Shown here piece after piece: positions 33,761-51,268 of a stretch of 64,000 bases of DNA. Location: contig NIVC01000195.1 of assembly GCA_002269645.1 (NCBI GenBank), positions 186,001 to 250,000 of the forward strand, read 5' to 3'. The DNA is from Macrostomum lignano. Lineage: Eukaryota. How positions within the stretch are numbered: the first letter of the stretch is position 1; each line of letters opens with the position of its first letter. The notes under the pieces were generated by a model. The model made no database searches and was not told the origin of the DNA. It saw only the letters and a list, made by a program, of their open reading frames with translations. The translations under genes were made by a program, and so were the position numbers.

Positions 33761-36700
33761 CTGGAATTCGTGTGTGTGCGGTGTTGCCAAGGCTACTCTG
33801 CAGCTCGGATTGGTTGGCATCGAGACTCACCGTCTCATCCAGCAGCGCCGAGCTGGCGCGGCCCGGTCCCGGCCGGCTGGGCGGCCGCCGGTTGCCCAGA
33901 ATCCGGCGCTCCTCATCAACCTGGTGCGCGCCGAGCGACGTCTGCGTGACGATGCGGCAATGCGGGATTCGCATAGCAGATTTAGCTTATTACCCCTGAG
34001 TACACACTTCGCTTCTCTCTCTGTGCCTTGGGAGACTGGCACTCATAAATCATGAATCATACCCGACAGCCCCAGGCCGATTTTCGTGGAACACCGAGTG
34101 GAAACCAAGGGGGCCCAGTGCTCCAGTGCGGCGCTCTGATGTGCCATCGGCCCGGGCTCGATTCCAAGTGCAGCCGCATTAATTTGGGGCTGAATGGGAG
34201 TCTCGGCGTGGGTCTGCTCGTGCGATTAACGTCCTTGAAGAGGCCCAACCCCAGGTACAGCAAAGTGTACATGCCTAACGATAAATAAAGTTGATTTGTG
34301 TGCCTGCTCAGGGGAATAATGTCGCTTAAATGCACCAGTGCGCATGCAGCCCCTGCCTCTAATAAAAATATCAAGAGTCAAGACACTGGACCAAAGGGAT
34401 AAAGAAAAATTAATAATCGACTTTCAGTCCTTCTTGAGCGCAACTGCCCCCGGCTCACCTTCGAACGTCGCAGCATCGGGGTGTCCTGCGGGTGGCCCCC
34501 CGCCCGCCAGCCGGTTGCGTTGGTCTGGGCGCCGACTGGCGGCGGTTGCGGCCGACGTGCTGGCAAAGTTTCTGGCGCCAGGTCAGCGATCTGCGCGGTC
34601 GGCAGTGGGACATTGTTCAATACTTGTACAGCTTGGCTTTGCTTCTTGCAGCATATCAGGAGGCAAAAACGAAACAAAAAATGGAAATTAAATGATTACC
34701 AGACCGGCTCGCTCGAGATTCTGCCTCTTGCTGCGATTGTTTAAGTTATTTACTGACAGTGGCGCATCGTGCGGACTGGCTTGATATGCCAACAACCTGT
34801 TGGTTGAAAGTAAAATAGAAATATTAGAAATATTTTATATCAATAAAACTGGATATTACTAGTAAAAATGTATTGACTTAAATGTCCATTTTTCAATAAA
34901 ACATTAAGAAATAAACAGATAAACTAAAATTATTTTACGCTCGTATATAACTTTAATATAACTAAACAAAGTACACTATACCAAAAATTTATGAAAATAC
35001 ACTTTGTTCATATGATTATATATTTTAGAAAAAAAATTGACAACTCATCGAAAATAAACTGTTTAAAAAGTTAAATAAACATTACATAGCTATTCTTTTC
35101 TTTTCTTATTGGAACTCAACATTAAAAATGTTTAAATTAAATTTAAAAAATAACTACACAACAATTGCTTGCCATCGCTACCATTAATTGTAAATAAAAC
35201 AATAAAACTACTTTAGAACACTCTACAAGATCTGGAAAGTTATAATTTTATACTTTTTACACATCCTTGATGAATAAAAACATACCCAGACTCCGCATTC
35301 AGCCTTGGCATTTGCCAAAGACGTATTTCGATGAATCACGAATCAAGCCAGACTCACGCAACTGAGTCGGGACCAGCGTGCTGAAGTCAATTTAAATCGG
35401 CAATTTGAAAGCAATTGAAACAGCACCTCGATAGATTTCGTGGCGCAAAACACTCTGCTTAAATTTTATATTCTTTAAACAAAAAAAATTGAAATCAATT
35501 TTGTTCCTAAAAGGGATTTATCATAAAAATCTTTTTTATTTTCTTGATTTTTGTTTAAATGAACTAGAATGACAACTCCCGGAAATTATAGACAATAAGA
35601 GTTTAATAAATTTTAATACGCGTAAGCTGCAGTGTATCTAGGCATATCTCCGCATTACAGAATTTCTTACTTTGGTACTGATTTTATTTATTGATTTTGG
35701 TACAAAAATTGAGAGTTTTTGTATTTTTAGGCACAATTCGCGAAGGTCACTACACTGATATATTATGCAACTAATTTTAATATGCTCTCGGTCCACTGTT
35801 TTCAAAGCTTTGATACGCTAAAAAGTTTAGGCGAATGTAATGCTTAGTGCGGTACAACCACCTCATCTGAAATTATTAAGGCGTACGCGGGCTGTATAAT
35901 TTATGGCTATTTTAGATAGTGTTTTATGATAAATACCAAGACTTTTTATTATTTATTTGCATATGAATACAATTTCTAGCACTTGAAAAGCTCGTTTATT
36001 TTTTGACAGCGTTCCCAGCGAGTAATCATCAGAGAATCAGATCCTATGCGACTGCCACCAGCCAATCAGCTATTCTAACCAACCAGGTCTAAGTTGGTAA
36101 AGATTACATGAACGAACTAACGTCCCAGCACTATTCGAATTCTAAAACAGCTCTTATGGGCTCGATCGCCTCTCAATTTTTAACATCATTTTACCAAGAA
36201 ATTTAGTTCAAACTCAACTGCAACAAGAAATGAAGCAGATTTGCCTAGCCATTTGCTTTCTGTGGACGCAGAGAACTTTGATTGGCCTCGTTGAAGGTAA
36301 GCATTATTGCATATGCAAGAATTGGTTGTGGGATCGCATTGTTCTCTCGTCCCAGAGGTCCTGGGCTCGATTCCCAGGTGTGGCCACAGTAAATAGGGGT
36401 TCAGCAATAAGGGAAAAGCCTTCAGGTAAGATAAACCTCAGCTATTGTTTCTCCAACAGTCGCCTAAAATGTTTTCCTTAACTTTTAAATTGCAGTTAAG
36501 ATTAAACAAAACATTTGATGAACAAGGCAATCGAGTCAGACAAGGAAGAGGGAAGGAAAACAGAAAATCGCTCTGAAGAAAGCCGATAGGATTTCCTCTT
36601 CTAGAAGATTTATTTGCAGCCGCATCAGCTCTAGTGAGACCTTCAGTGAGAGAGCTTTCCCTGCATAATTCAGGCCCGCACTCCCGCATTCATGGAGCGC

Positions 36701-37029
36701 TGAGGCCCCGGCCCGGCCGCACTCAATCAATCCGAGTCCGGGGATTTTGCATGCAGCTCAGGGGATCTGCGGGCCGCCTCTTCCGCGCTTTTTTGCTGCG
36801 GCTGCTGTTGCTTTTTTGATGCTGTGTGGGATGCTCGATCTAATAAAAATCATGTCTGTATGAATTTCTGCGCAGGCCGGGGGGCTCGCCGGGTCAAACT
36901 GAGTCCGAAGCGGACGCCGCTTTTGTCTCTTAACTCTCAAAAACGAGACCACCAAGTTTTTTGCCCGGCCCGGCTTGAGAACTCTCTAATTTCTTGGCAA
37001 TTCTTCGCGAGCAATTCTCTTAGGGGTAT

Positions 37030-37445
37030 TTCTCACTCTGAATTCCCCCGAACACTAATCCGCGGGAGTGCAGTTCTCACTCTGAATTCCCCCGAACACT
37101 AATCCGCAGGAGGGCAGTTCTCACTCTGAATTCCCCCGAACACTAATCCGCGGGAGGGCAGTTCTCACTCTGAATTCCCCCGAACACTAATCCGCGGGAG
37201 GGCAGTTCTCACTCTGAATTCCCCCGAACACTAATCCGCGGGAGGGCAGTTCTCACTCTGAATTCCCCCGAACACTAATCCGCGGGAGGGCAGTTCTCAC
37301 TCTGAATTCCCCGAACACTAATCCGCGGGAGGGCAGTTCTCACTCTGAATTCCCCCGAACACTAATCCGCGGGAGGGCAGTTCTCACTCTGAATTCCCCC
37401 GAACACTAATCCGCGGGAGGGCAGTTTCTCACTCTGAATTCCCCG
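37030..37445 (+). repeat. 44-bp minisatellite CAGTTCTCACTCTGAATTCCCCCGAACACTAATCCGCGGGAGGG, about 9 copies
   Basis: direct reading. Confidence 0.93.
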
Positions 37446-38221
37446 CGGCAATTGCAAGAGTCGGGAATTCTCATTCCCCGAATTCCCACTTGAAAAGCCC
37501 CGCTATTTACCAAGCCGGGAGTCAGCGGGCCGGCCTGTTATTCGCGGCGAAGTCCAGCTCCCCCGCCCCATCTTGAGAGTCCCCCGATCCCGTGCAGTTC
37601 AATGAGCAGCGGCCAGCCGTATCTTCGAGCTCGACTATAGCGATTAAAACAGACAGGTCCCCTAATCCCGGTGTTAGCCGGTCCACCTCAGCTCACATCC
37701 GAGCTGACTCCAGTTGAGGGCTATCGGAGAAAGCCGCCACCCCTCCTGACGGCAGTGCAGCAGCCGTGCTCAGTCAGGCGATGGGGAGGCAGATAAGCTG
37801 GGCGACCCCCCCCCCCGCTGGGCCCGGGGGCGCTCTGGAAGTTCGGACTCGGCAGGACACTTGTTGCTGGCCGGAGTGCAGGCGCACTCTTGGATGGATG
37901 GCCTGACAGCTCAGAGAAGTCCCATCCCATCTTCTACGACCCGAGCGGAGCGGTTAATGAAATTTTTCGCAGCCAGCAATTTCAATATGAGCAGCCTCCC
38001 ACCCCCCCCCCGAGTGGCACCTCATCCGGACAGCTCAAACTGTCTGTCGGCAATCAAAGCTGCAGAGCTGGCAAACATTGAGGGAGGATTTGCTCTTCGG
38101 GTGTCAGTCAGGAAGAAATTGAAGCAGAGCTTCCAGCCGATCGCTGCTTGACCGGCGCCAACAGAGTGGCGAATCTCCGGCGAGTTGAAAACTGAAATTT
38201 TGGAAAGCAGTTTTTGCCTGG

Positions 38222-38622
38222 AGCATCATTCCGAATCCTGTGTCAAATCATCATTCCGAATCCTGTGTGAAATCATCATTCCGAATCCTGTGTGAAATCA
38301 TCATTCCGAATCCTGTGTGAAATCATCATTCCGAATCCTGTGTGAAATCATCATTCCGAATCCTGTGTGAAATCATCATTCCGAATCCTGTGTGAAATCA
38401 TCATTCCGAATCCTGTGTGAAATCATCATTCCGAATCCTGTGTGAAATCATTATTCCGAATCCTGTGTGAAATCATCATTCCGAATCCTGTGTGAAATCA
38501 TCATTCCGAATCCTGTGTCAAATCATCATTCCGAATCCTGTGTCAAATCATCATTCCGAATCCTGTGTCAAATCATCATTCCGAATCCTGTGTCAAATCA
38601 TCATTCTGAATCCTGTGTCAAA
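38222..38622 (+). repeat. 25-bp minisatellite ATCATCATTCCGAATCCTGTGT(G/C)AA, about 16 copies
   Basis: direct reading. Confidence 0.94.
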
Positions 38623-39299
38623 TGACCTCCCCACTCCAAGGCCCCACTCTACCTGACCTCCACACTCGAAAGCCTCCCTCTACCTGACCTCTCCACTCCA
38701 AATCCCTTCTGCCTGACCTCCCCACCCCAAATCTCATCTGCCTGACCCCCTCACTCCAAAGCCTTCCCTCTACCTGACCTCTCCACTCCAAATCCCTTCT
38801 GCCTGACCTCCCCACTCCACAGCCCTCCTCCCAGCTCAGCCCCGGGACCCCCCGAGCAGCCGGGCTGATCAGCTGCGCTGGGCCGAAGTTGCCGCCTCCA
38901 TAATGAGAGCATTGAGGCAGCTGTGGCGAGGCCGGGAAAATATTTAGCGGTCTTCCGCCCCAGTCCGAATCGAATTTGCTATTCGAGCTCGAGGCCCTGG
39001 ACTCGCCTAGCATTTTTTACTGGATGATGATGAAGCGCTACGTGTTGGAAGCTGCGGCTGCCGCTGCCTGTCTCGCTTCTGGAAGCACTTTTGTCTGCTT
39101 GCCAATCCAGAAAAATGCTGAAAAATGAAGAGCTGAGAGGCACTTCGAAGAAGTCTCTACTTGCTTCTCCATGAGTTTTTTTTCGCGAAAACTGGGGTCT
39201 GGGGATTTGGAGGTGGGGTGATGGGAAGGCAGAAATTCAAATCCCATCAAGAGAAAAGGTGTCAACTCTAATGAGGTGTAAAAAATCCCGGAAGTGTGC

Positions 39300-39570
39300 C
39301 TAGAAATTAGATATTAAATATCCTAGAAATTAGAAACTCCAATTCCTAGAAATTAGGTAGCTCCAATTCCTAGAAAGTCCAATTCCTAGAAAGTCCAATT
39401 CCTAGAAAGTCCAATTCCTAGAAAGTCCAATTCCTAGAAAGTCCAATTCCTAGAAAGTCCCATTCCTAGAAAGTCCAATTCCTAGAAAGTCCCATTCCTA
39501 GAAAGTCCAATTCCTAGAAAGTCCCATTCCTAGAAAGTATAAACTCCAATTCTTAGAAAAATAGACACTC
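39300..39570 (+). repeat. 16-bp minisatellite TTCCTAGAAAGTCCAA
   Basis: direct reading. Confidence 0.88.
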
Positions 39571-40021
39571 CAATTCAAATCATGTCTACTTTCGTAGAAA
39601 GTAGAAACTCCAATTTCCTGAAAACGCAGCCCGAGTTCCCATCGCTCCCCAGCAGATTTCGGGGATCCATCTGAGACAGAGGATGCGTTTCCTTAAACCT
39701 TTGTTTTCGGTTTTAAAGCCCACTTGAGCATGGCTTTGAGTCTGTTGGAAACAAGACACTGGCAGACTGACAGAAGCACGAGCAGCCACTCCAGTTTGAA
39801 TTCGAATCATTTGGCATTCGGCTCGCTGCACCCTGTCACAAAATGGGACGGGTTGGACCGGTTGTCGCTGGCAGCTGGCGGGCTTTCGTCCCGTAGAGGC
39901 GGCCTCATCCGGATGCTCCATCGAGTTGAACTGACAGAGCGATTGAAATTCGCGAAAATTGAAATCATTTTTTGCCCGACACTGAAAAAAAGTTGGTTGA
40001 CAAATCCCAAATCCCACCCAG

Positions 40022-44778
<4,757 letters not shown>

Positions 44779-44792
44779 CCGGCGGCCGAGGT

Positions 44793-45685
44793 TCAAGGAC
44801 AGCTAGGAGTTCCTAGGACAGCTAGGAGTTTCAAGGACAGCTAGGAGTTCCTGCAAGGACAGCTAGGAGTTCCAAGGACAGCTAGGAGTTCCTGCAAGGA
44901 CAGCTAGGAGTTCCAAGGACAGCTAGGAGTTCCAAGGACAGCTAGGAGTTCCAAGGACAGCTAGGAGTTCCAAGGACAGCTAGGAGTTTCAAGGACAGCT
45001 AAGAGTTCCAAGGACAGCTAGGAGTTCCAAGGACAGCTAGGAGTTCCAAGGACAGCTAGGAGTTTCAAGGACAGCTAGGAGTTCCAAGGACAGCTAGGAG
45101 TTCCAAGGACAGCTAGGAGTTCCTGCAAGGACAGCTAGGAGTTCCAAGGACAGCTAGGAGTTCCAAGGACAGCTAGGAGTTCCAAGGACAGCTAGGAGTT
45201 CCAAGGACAGCTAGGAGTTTCAAGGACAGCTAGGAGTTCCTGCAAGGACAGCTAGGAGTTCCAAGGACAGCTAGGAGTTCCAAGGACAGCTAGGAGTTCC
45301 AAGGACAGCTAGGAGTTCCAAGGACAGCTAGGAGTTCCAAGGACAGCTAGGAGTTCCAAGGACAGCTAGGAGTTTCAAGGACAGCTAGGAGTTCCTGCAA
45401 GGACAGCTAGGAGTTCCAAGGACAGCTAGGAGTTCCAAGGACAGCTAGGAGTTCCTGCAAGGACAGCTAGGAGTTCCAAGGACAGCTAGGAGGTTCAAGG
45501 ACAGCTAGGAGTTCCTGCAAGGACAGCTAGGAGTTCCAAGGACAGCTAGGAGGTTCAAGGACAGCTAGGAGTTCCTGCAATTAAGGACAGCTAGAAGTTT
45601 CAAGGACAGCTAGGAGTTCCTGCAAGGACAGCTAGGAGTTCCAAGGACAGCTAGTAGTTCCAAGGGCAGCTAGGAGTTTCAAGGA
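44793..45685 (+). repeat. 19-bp minisatellite CAAGGACAGCTAGGAGTTC (+CTG variant), starting about 15 nt after the nAChR stop
   Basis: direct reading. Confidence 0.95.
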
Positions 45686-46074
45686 CTGCTAGGAGCCATA
45701 AAAAACTGATATTTGACATTTATGATGCAAATTGTGGAAAATTGCGCAAACAGAAATCCTAAAAATTTACGCTTTTATGTTGTCTCTGATCACCTGTAGC
45801 TGCGTACTGCTTCGTATCTTCCTGCGCGATTTGTTCAGCGCAATTAACAATTTATTCTATTCAAATCAAGTTGAACAAATCTTACTCGGAAATATAACTT
45901 GAAACCATTGCAATATTGCAATGAAAACATTGAAATTTTAATCAGCCTATAACTAAGACACACTAGCTTGTACTAACCAAATCGGCATAAGTAGTGCTGT
46001 AAGCAAACTTTTCCCAATGGGGTCCCCATTAATTATTGCAAGATTTTGAGATGTACAAGCTTTGAGATTGGAGC

Positions 46075-47112
46075 TTGTGATGTGTGTGATCAGAGATTGT
46101 GGTTTGTGATCGGAGCTTGTGGTTTGTGATTAGAGATTGCGGTTTGTGATCGGAGATTGTGTTTTGTGATCGGTGATTGTGGTTTGTGATCGGAGATTGT
46201 GTTTTGTGATCGGAGATTGTGTTTTGTGATCGGTGATTGTGGTTTGTGATCGGTGATTGTGGTTTGTGATCGGAGCTTGTGGTTTGTGATCGGTGATTGT
46301 GGTTTGTGATCGGAGATTGTGTTTTGTGATCGGTGATTGTGGTTTGTGATCGGAGCTTGTGGTTTGTGATTAGAGATTGCGGTTTGTGATCGGAGATTGT
46401 GTTTTGTGATCGGTGATTGTGGTTTGTGATCGGAGCTTGTGGTTTGTGATTAGAGATTGCGGTTTGTGATCGGAGATTGTGTTTTGTGATCGGTGATTGT
46501 GGTTTGTGATCGGAGATTGTGTTTTGTGATCGGTGATTGTGGTTTGTGATCGGTGATTGTGGTTTGTGATCGGAGCTTGTGGTTTGTGATCGGTGATTGT
46601 GGTTTGTGATCGGAGCTTGTGGTTTGTGATCAGAGATTGTGGTTTGTGATCAGAGATTGTGGTTTGTGATCAGAGATTGTGGCTTGTGATCGGAGATTGT
46701 GGTTTGTGATCGGTGATTGTGGTTTGTGATCGGAGCTTGTGGTTTGTGATCAGAGATTGTGGTTTGTGATCAGAGATTGTGGTTTGTGATCAGAGATTGT
46801 GGTTTGTGATCGGTGATTGTGGTTTGTGATCGGAGATTGTGGTTTGTGATCGGAGATTGTGGTTTGTGATCAGAGATTGTGGCTTGTGATCAGAGATTGT
46901 GGTTTGTGATCGGAGCTTGTGGTTTGTGATTAGAGATTGTGGCTTGTGATCAGAGATTGTGGTTTGTGATCGGAGATTGTGGCTTGTGATCAGAGATTGT
47001 GGCTTGTGATCGGAGCTTGTGGTTTGTGATCAGAGCTAGTGGTTTGTGATCAGAGATTGTGGTTTGTGTTCAGAGATTGTGGTTTGTGATCGGAGATTGT
47101 GGTTTGTGATCA
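46075..47112 (+). repeat. 20-bp minisatellite GATCGGAGATTGTGGTTTGT, about 50 copies
   Basis: direct reading. Confidence 0.95.
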
Positions 47113-47963
47113 ATCATGCAGATATGCTAAGTACACCTGTCCTGGCGTGTACAGTAACATGCACCTGCGGTTAGCTCTCATTTAGCGTAATTTGGGCGAA
47201 ACTGCTCAGCCAGATGATGTAGGCAACCCGCATTTTATGGCCATAATCCGAGTAACGTGATCCGGGATCCGACAGGTCACGTGACTGTGTCTCGGCGCAG
47301 CGCAATAGAACTACACGAAGGCTTATCCGATGCCAAAATGTTTGATGACAAAGGCGAACTCAAGGAAATAACATTATGATTGATACGATTATATTTTTAA
47401 TCAAGCAAAATTGACCCAAAGTACAGTAGAAAAAGTGCGCGCGCAGATGAGAGAAAATGAGCGAGAACGCCATGGCGCAATACTTACTGTAGGTGAGTAA
47501 TAAGTTAATTAATTAGTTTAACTTAGGAAAGCTTACCGAGCCAAGCGAACATGGATTACGGGCAAGTACACAGTAGAAATGGCTAACAAAGGGGTTATAA
47601 TGAAGCAGAGAAACATCAGAAAAGCTGCTTGCGTTGCCAGGCGATCAGAAATTTATCAAGGTCGGCTTTGGAAAAAAATTCGCGCGCTTTACGCTACTAT
47701 GAGTGGGCGAGTTCAGACAGTTTTATTTAATAAAGGGCCACTCCGCAATCAAGCTACTGACATCAAAACTTTTCAGTAGTTTTTGAGGACATTAACACTA
47801 TAATTTTAGAGCGCAGCAATTAACTGCAAAGAACCCAAACTCCAGTTTTCTCATCTCTCAATTGGCAACGATGTGCATTTTATACTACTGAAAAGCTACT
47901 GACCTCTCTTCCACAGGTCTCAAATTTCCGTCTCAAATTTCGGAATTACAAGAAACCCGCAGG

Positions 47964-48473
47964 CTACTCAGTGGCTTCCCGCTTGGACGGCGGGCAGATG
48001 AGCACCGGCCTGTAGGCGTGGTGCAGCACGTAGTCGCTCACGGAGCCCAGGAAGGTGCGCCGCAGGGTGCCGAGGCCGCGGCTGCCCATCACCACCAGGT
48101 CCGCCTCGTGCTCCTCGGCCGCCTGCACGATGGCCTCGCCAGGCTCGCCGGACACATTCACGAAGGAGAACTTCTTGATGCCCAGCTGGTGGCAGGCGTC
48201 CTTCCAGCGCTGCTTGAGCCGCTCAGCCTCCGCCAGCTGCTCCTCCATCAGCTCCGTGTGCCGCTTCAAGAAGTTGTCGCTGACGCTCAGCGCCACCGGC
48301 TGGCTGGGCGGCTCCACGGCGTGGACAAGCAGCAGGACGTCCGTGGGCTGGCGCACCTGCTTCAGGTACATGTCGAATGCGCGCTTGCAGTGCGGCGAGC
48401 TGTCCACCGCCAGCAGCACCACCTTCATGGACTTCTCCGCTGCGCCAGCGGTCTCGGCTGCAGGGCTGGACAT
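47964..48473 (-). CDS. universal stress protein (USP/UspA domain), 169 aa, uninterrupted CDS
   Basis: VLLAVDSSPHCKRAF, LLLVHAV, GEPGEAIVQAAEEHEADLVVMGSRGLGTLRRTFLGSVSDYVLHHAYRPVLICP; ATG 48473 is preceded by an acceptor-like CCACAG. Confidence 0.93.
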   Translation of the reverse strand: MSSPAAETAGAAEKSMKVVLLAVDSSPHCKRAFDMYLKQVRQPTDVLLLVHAVEPPSQPVALSVSDNFLKRHTELMEEQLAEAERLKQRWKDACHQLGIKKFSFVNVSGEPGEAIVQAAEEHEADLVVMGSRGLGTLRRTFLGSVSDYVLHHAYRPVLICPPSKREATE

Positions 48474-48489
48474 GGCGGCGCGCTGTGGC

Positions 48490-49660
48490 ATGAATGGCAG
48501 GATGGCAAATGGAATAGGAGGATGGGAAATGGAATGGCAGGATGGGAAATGGAGTGGCAGGATGACAAATGGAATGGAAATGGAATGGCAGAATGGGAAA
48601 TGGAATGGCAGGATGGGAAATGGAATGGCAGAATGGGAAATGGAATGGCAGAATGGGAAATGGAATGGCAGAATGGGAAATGGAATGGCAGAATGGGAAA
48701 TGGAATGGCAGGATGGCAAATGGAATGGCAGGATGGGAAATGGAATGGCAGAATGGGAAATGGAATGGAAATGGAATGGCAGGATGGCAAATGGAACAGG
48801 AGGATGGCAAATCGAATGGCAGGATGGGAAATGGAATGGCAGGATGGGAAATGGAATAGGAGGGTGGGAAATGGAATGGCAGGATGGCAAATGGAATGGC
48901 AGGGTGGGAAATGGAATAGGAGGATGGCAAATGGAATGGCAGGGTGGAAAATGGAATGGCAGGGTGGGAAATGGAATGGCAGAATAGGAAATGGAATGAC
49001 AGGGTGGGAAATGGAATGGCAGGGTGGGAAATGGAATGGCAGGATGGCAAATGGAATGGCAGGGTGGGAAATGGAATGGCAGGATGGGAAATGGAATAGG
49101 AGGGTGGGAAATGGAATGGCAGGATGGCAAATGGAATGGCAGGGTGGGAAATGGAATGGCAGGGTGGGAAATGGAATGGCAGGGTGGGAAATGGAATGGC
49201 AGGATGGCAAATGGAATGGCAGGGTGGGAAATGGAATGGCAGAATGGGAAATGGAATGGCAGAATGAGAAATGGAATAGGAGGATGGCAAATGGAATGGC
49301 AGGGTGGGAAATGGAATGGCAGGGTGGGAAATGGAATGGCAGGATGGGAAATGGAATGGCAGGGTGGGAAATGGAATGGCAGGGTGGGAAATGGAATGGC
49401 AGGGTGGGAAATGGAATGGCAGGGTGGGAAATGGAATGGCAGGGTGGGAAATGGAATGGCAGGATGGCAAATGGAATGGCAGGGTGGGAAATGGAATGGC
49501 AGGGTGGGAAATGGAATGGCAGAATGGGAAATGGAATGGCAGAATGAGAAATGGAATAGGAGGATGGCAAATGGAATGGCAGAATGAGAAATGGAATAGG
49601 AGGATGGCAAATGGAATGGCAGGATGGGAAATGGAATAGGAGGATGGGAAATGGAATGGC
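48490..49660 (+). repeat. 20-bp (10+10) minisatellite ATGGAATGGCAGG(G/A)TGG(G/C)AA directly upstream of the USP start
   Basis: direct reading; it produces the spurious 460-570 aa ORFs. Confidence 0.95.
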
Positions 49661-50339
49661 CAGTTGAAAAATGAACTGAGAGCAATCAGCACAGATAAGA
49701 CACGCTAGGCTGAGCAGCGGTAGGGTTAAAGCCAGATAAGAGAATTCGTATCTTAAAATTCGCCAAGATAACAGACGGCCCCTCCAAGCTGAGCAGCTCA
49801 GCTCAGCCATTGGGACTCTTATCTAGAAAACAGTTTAGCGAAAGCAGTTCAGCTGCATGAGAAAGAATTTCACCAAAGCCGACCCAAAATTTCAAAGAAA
49901 ACTTTGCAACCTTTCAAGTTCTCACAAATAGCAATAAAACCACAAGCAATTCTTTGTACTTTTGCTAATTGATTATTGATTTTTTAAATTGAAATTCCGG
50001 CTACAAAGCTTGAAAATGATAGACACAGAAAGTCAGTTGCATTTAAGAGTGGCATGAGTCTTCCGCACCATGGGCAGGTAAGGTAGGCATTGAGTAGCAG
50101 GGTGCGCCGACAGGCACCCAGGAAGCACATGCGGTGTGTAAACAATGGGATAAAAAAGTGCAAAACAGGCATGCGCCGAGTAGAGTTCGAGTGTACGAAC
50201 AGTGTTGCCACTGATAAAGCATCTGCAGTACAAACGCCTGATAGTGTCTGTAAAAAGCTAATTAACAGAGCAAATAAAATACTTATTGACAGTATTGAAG
50301 ATAGAAATGAGCGAGCGGTGGTTGCGCCAGTACAGGCTT

Positions 50340-51268
50340 GGTTTGGGATTCGAGCTCATCTAACCGAGGATTCGAGCTCAGATAATGTGGGGATTCGAGC
50401 TCATAACATAGGGATTCGAGCTCATAACAGGGATTCGAGCTCATAACAGGGATTCGAGCTCATAACAGGGATTCGAGCTCATAACATAGGGATTCGAGCT
50501 CATAACATGGGGATTCGAGCTCATAACATAGGGATTCGAGCTCATAACATGGGGATTCGAGCTCAGCTAACTTGGGGATTCGAGCTCAGCTAACTTGGGG
50601 ATTCGAGCTCAGATAACATGGGGATTCGAGCTCAGCTAACTTGGGGATTCGAGTTCAGATAACATGGGGATTCGAGCTCAGCTAACTTGGGGATTCGAGC
50701 TCAGCTAACTTGGGGATTCGAGCTCAGCTAACTTGGGGATTCGAGCTCAGCTAAATTGGGGATTCGAGCTCAGCTAACTTGGGGATTCGAGCTTAGCTAG
50801 CATGGGGATTCGAGCTCAGCTAACTTGGGGATTCGAGCTTAGCTAGCATGGGGATTCGAGCTCAGATAAATTGGGGCTTCGAGCTCAGCTAACTTGGGGA
50901 TTCGAGCTCAGATAAATTGGGGCTTCGAGCTCAGCTAACTTGGGGATTCGAGCTCAGCTAAATTGGGATTCGAGCTCATCTAACCGAGGATTCGAGCTCA
51001 GATAATATGGGGATTCGAGCTCATAACATGGGGATTCGAGCTCAGCTAACTTGGGGATTCGAGCTCAGCTAACATGGGGATTCGAGCTCAGCTAACTTGG
51101 GGATTCGAGCTCAGCTAACTTGGGGATTCGAGCTCAGCTAACTTGGGGATTCGAGCTCAGCTAACTTGGGGATTCGAGCTCAGATAACTTGGGATTCGAG
51201 CTCAGCTAACATGGGGATTCGAGCTCATCTAACATGGGGATTCGAGTTTTAACATGGGGATTCGAGTC
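50340..51268 (+). repeat. 19-23-bp minisatellite GGGATTCGAGCTCAGCTAACTTG, abutting the SUFU stop codon
   Basis: direct reading. Confidence 0.93.

Noticed and set aside
36325-36390. tRNA-like segment (CTGGG-CTCGATT-CCCAG T-arm, ending GGCCA)
   Set aside because: No matching acceptor stem or anticodon arm; at best a decayed tRNA-derived SINE head
36700-39960. Candidates for the nAChR signal-peptide exon
   Set aside because: No ATG plus hydrophobic stretch with a phase-1 donor could be supported
47964-49810. 460-573 aa ORFs over the ATGGAATGGC array, including an apparent long N-terminal extension of USP
   Set aside because: The array is stop-free in several frames on both strands; the real USP begins at ATG 48473 behind an acceptor-like CAG
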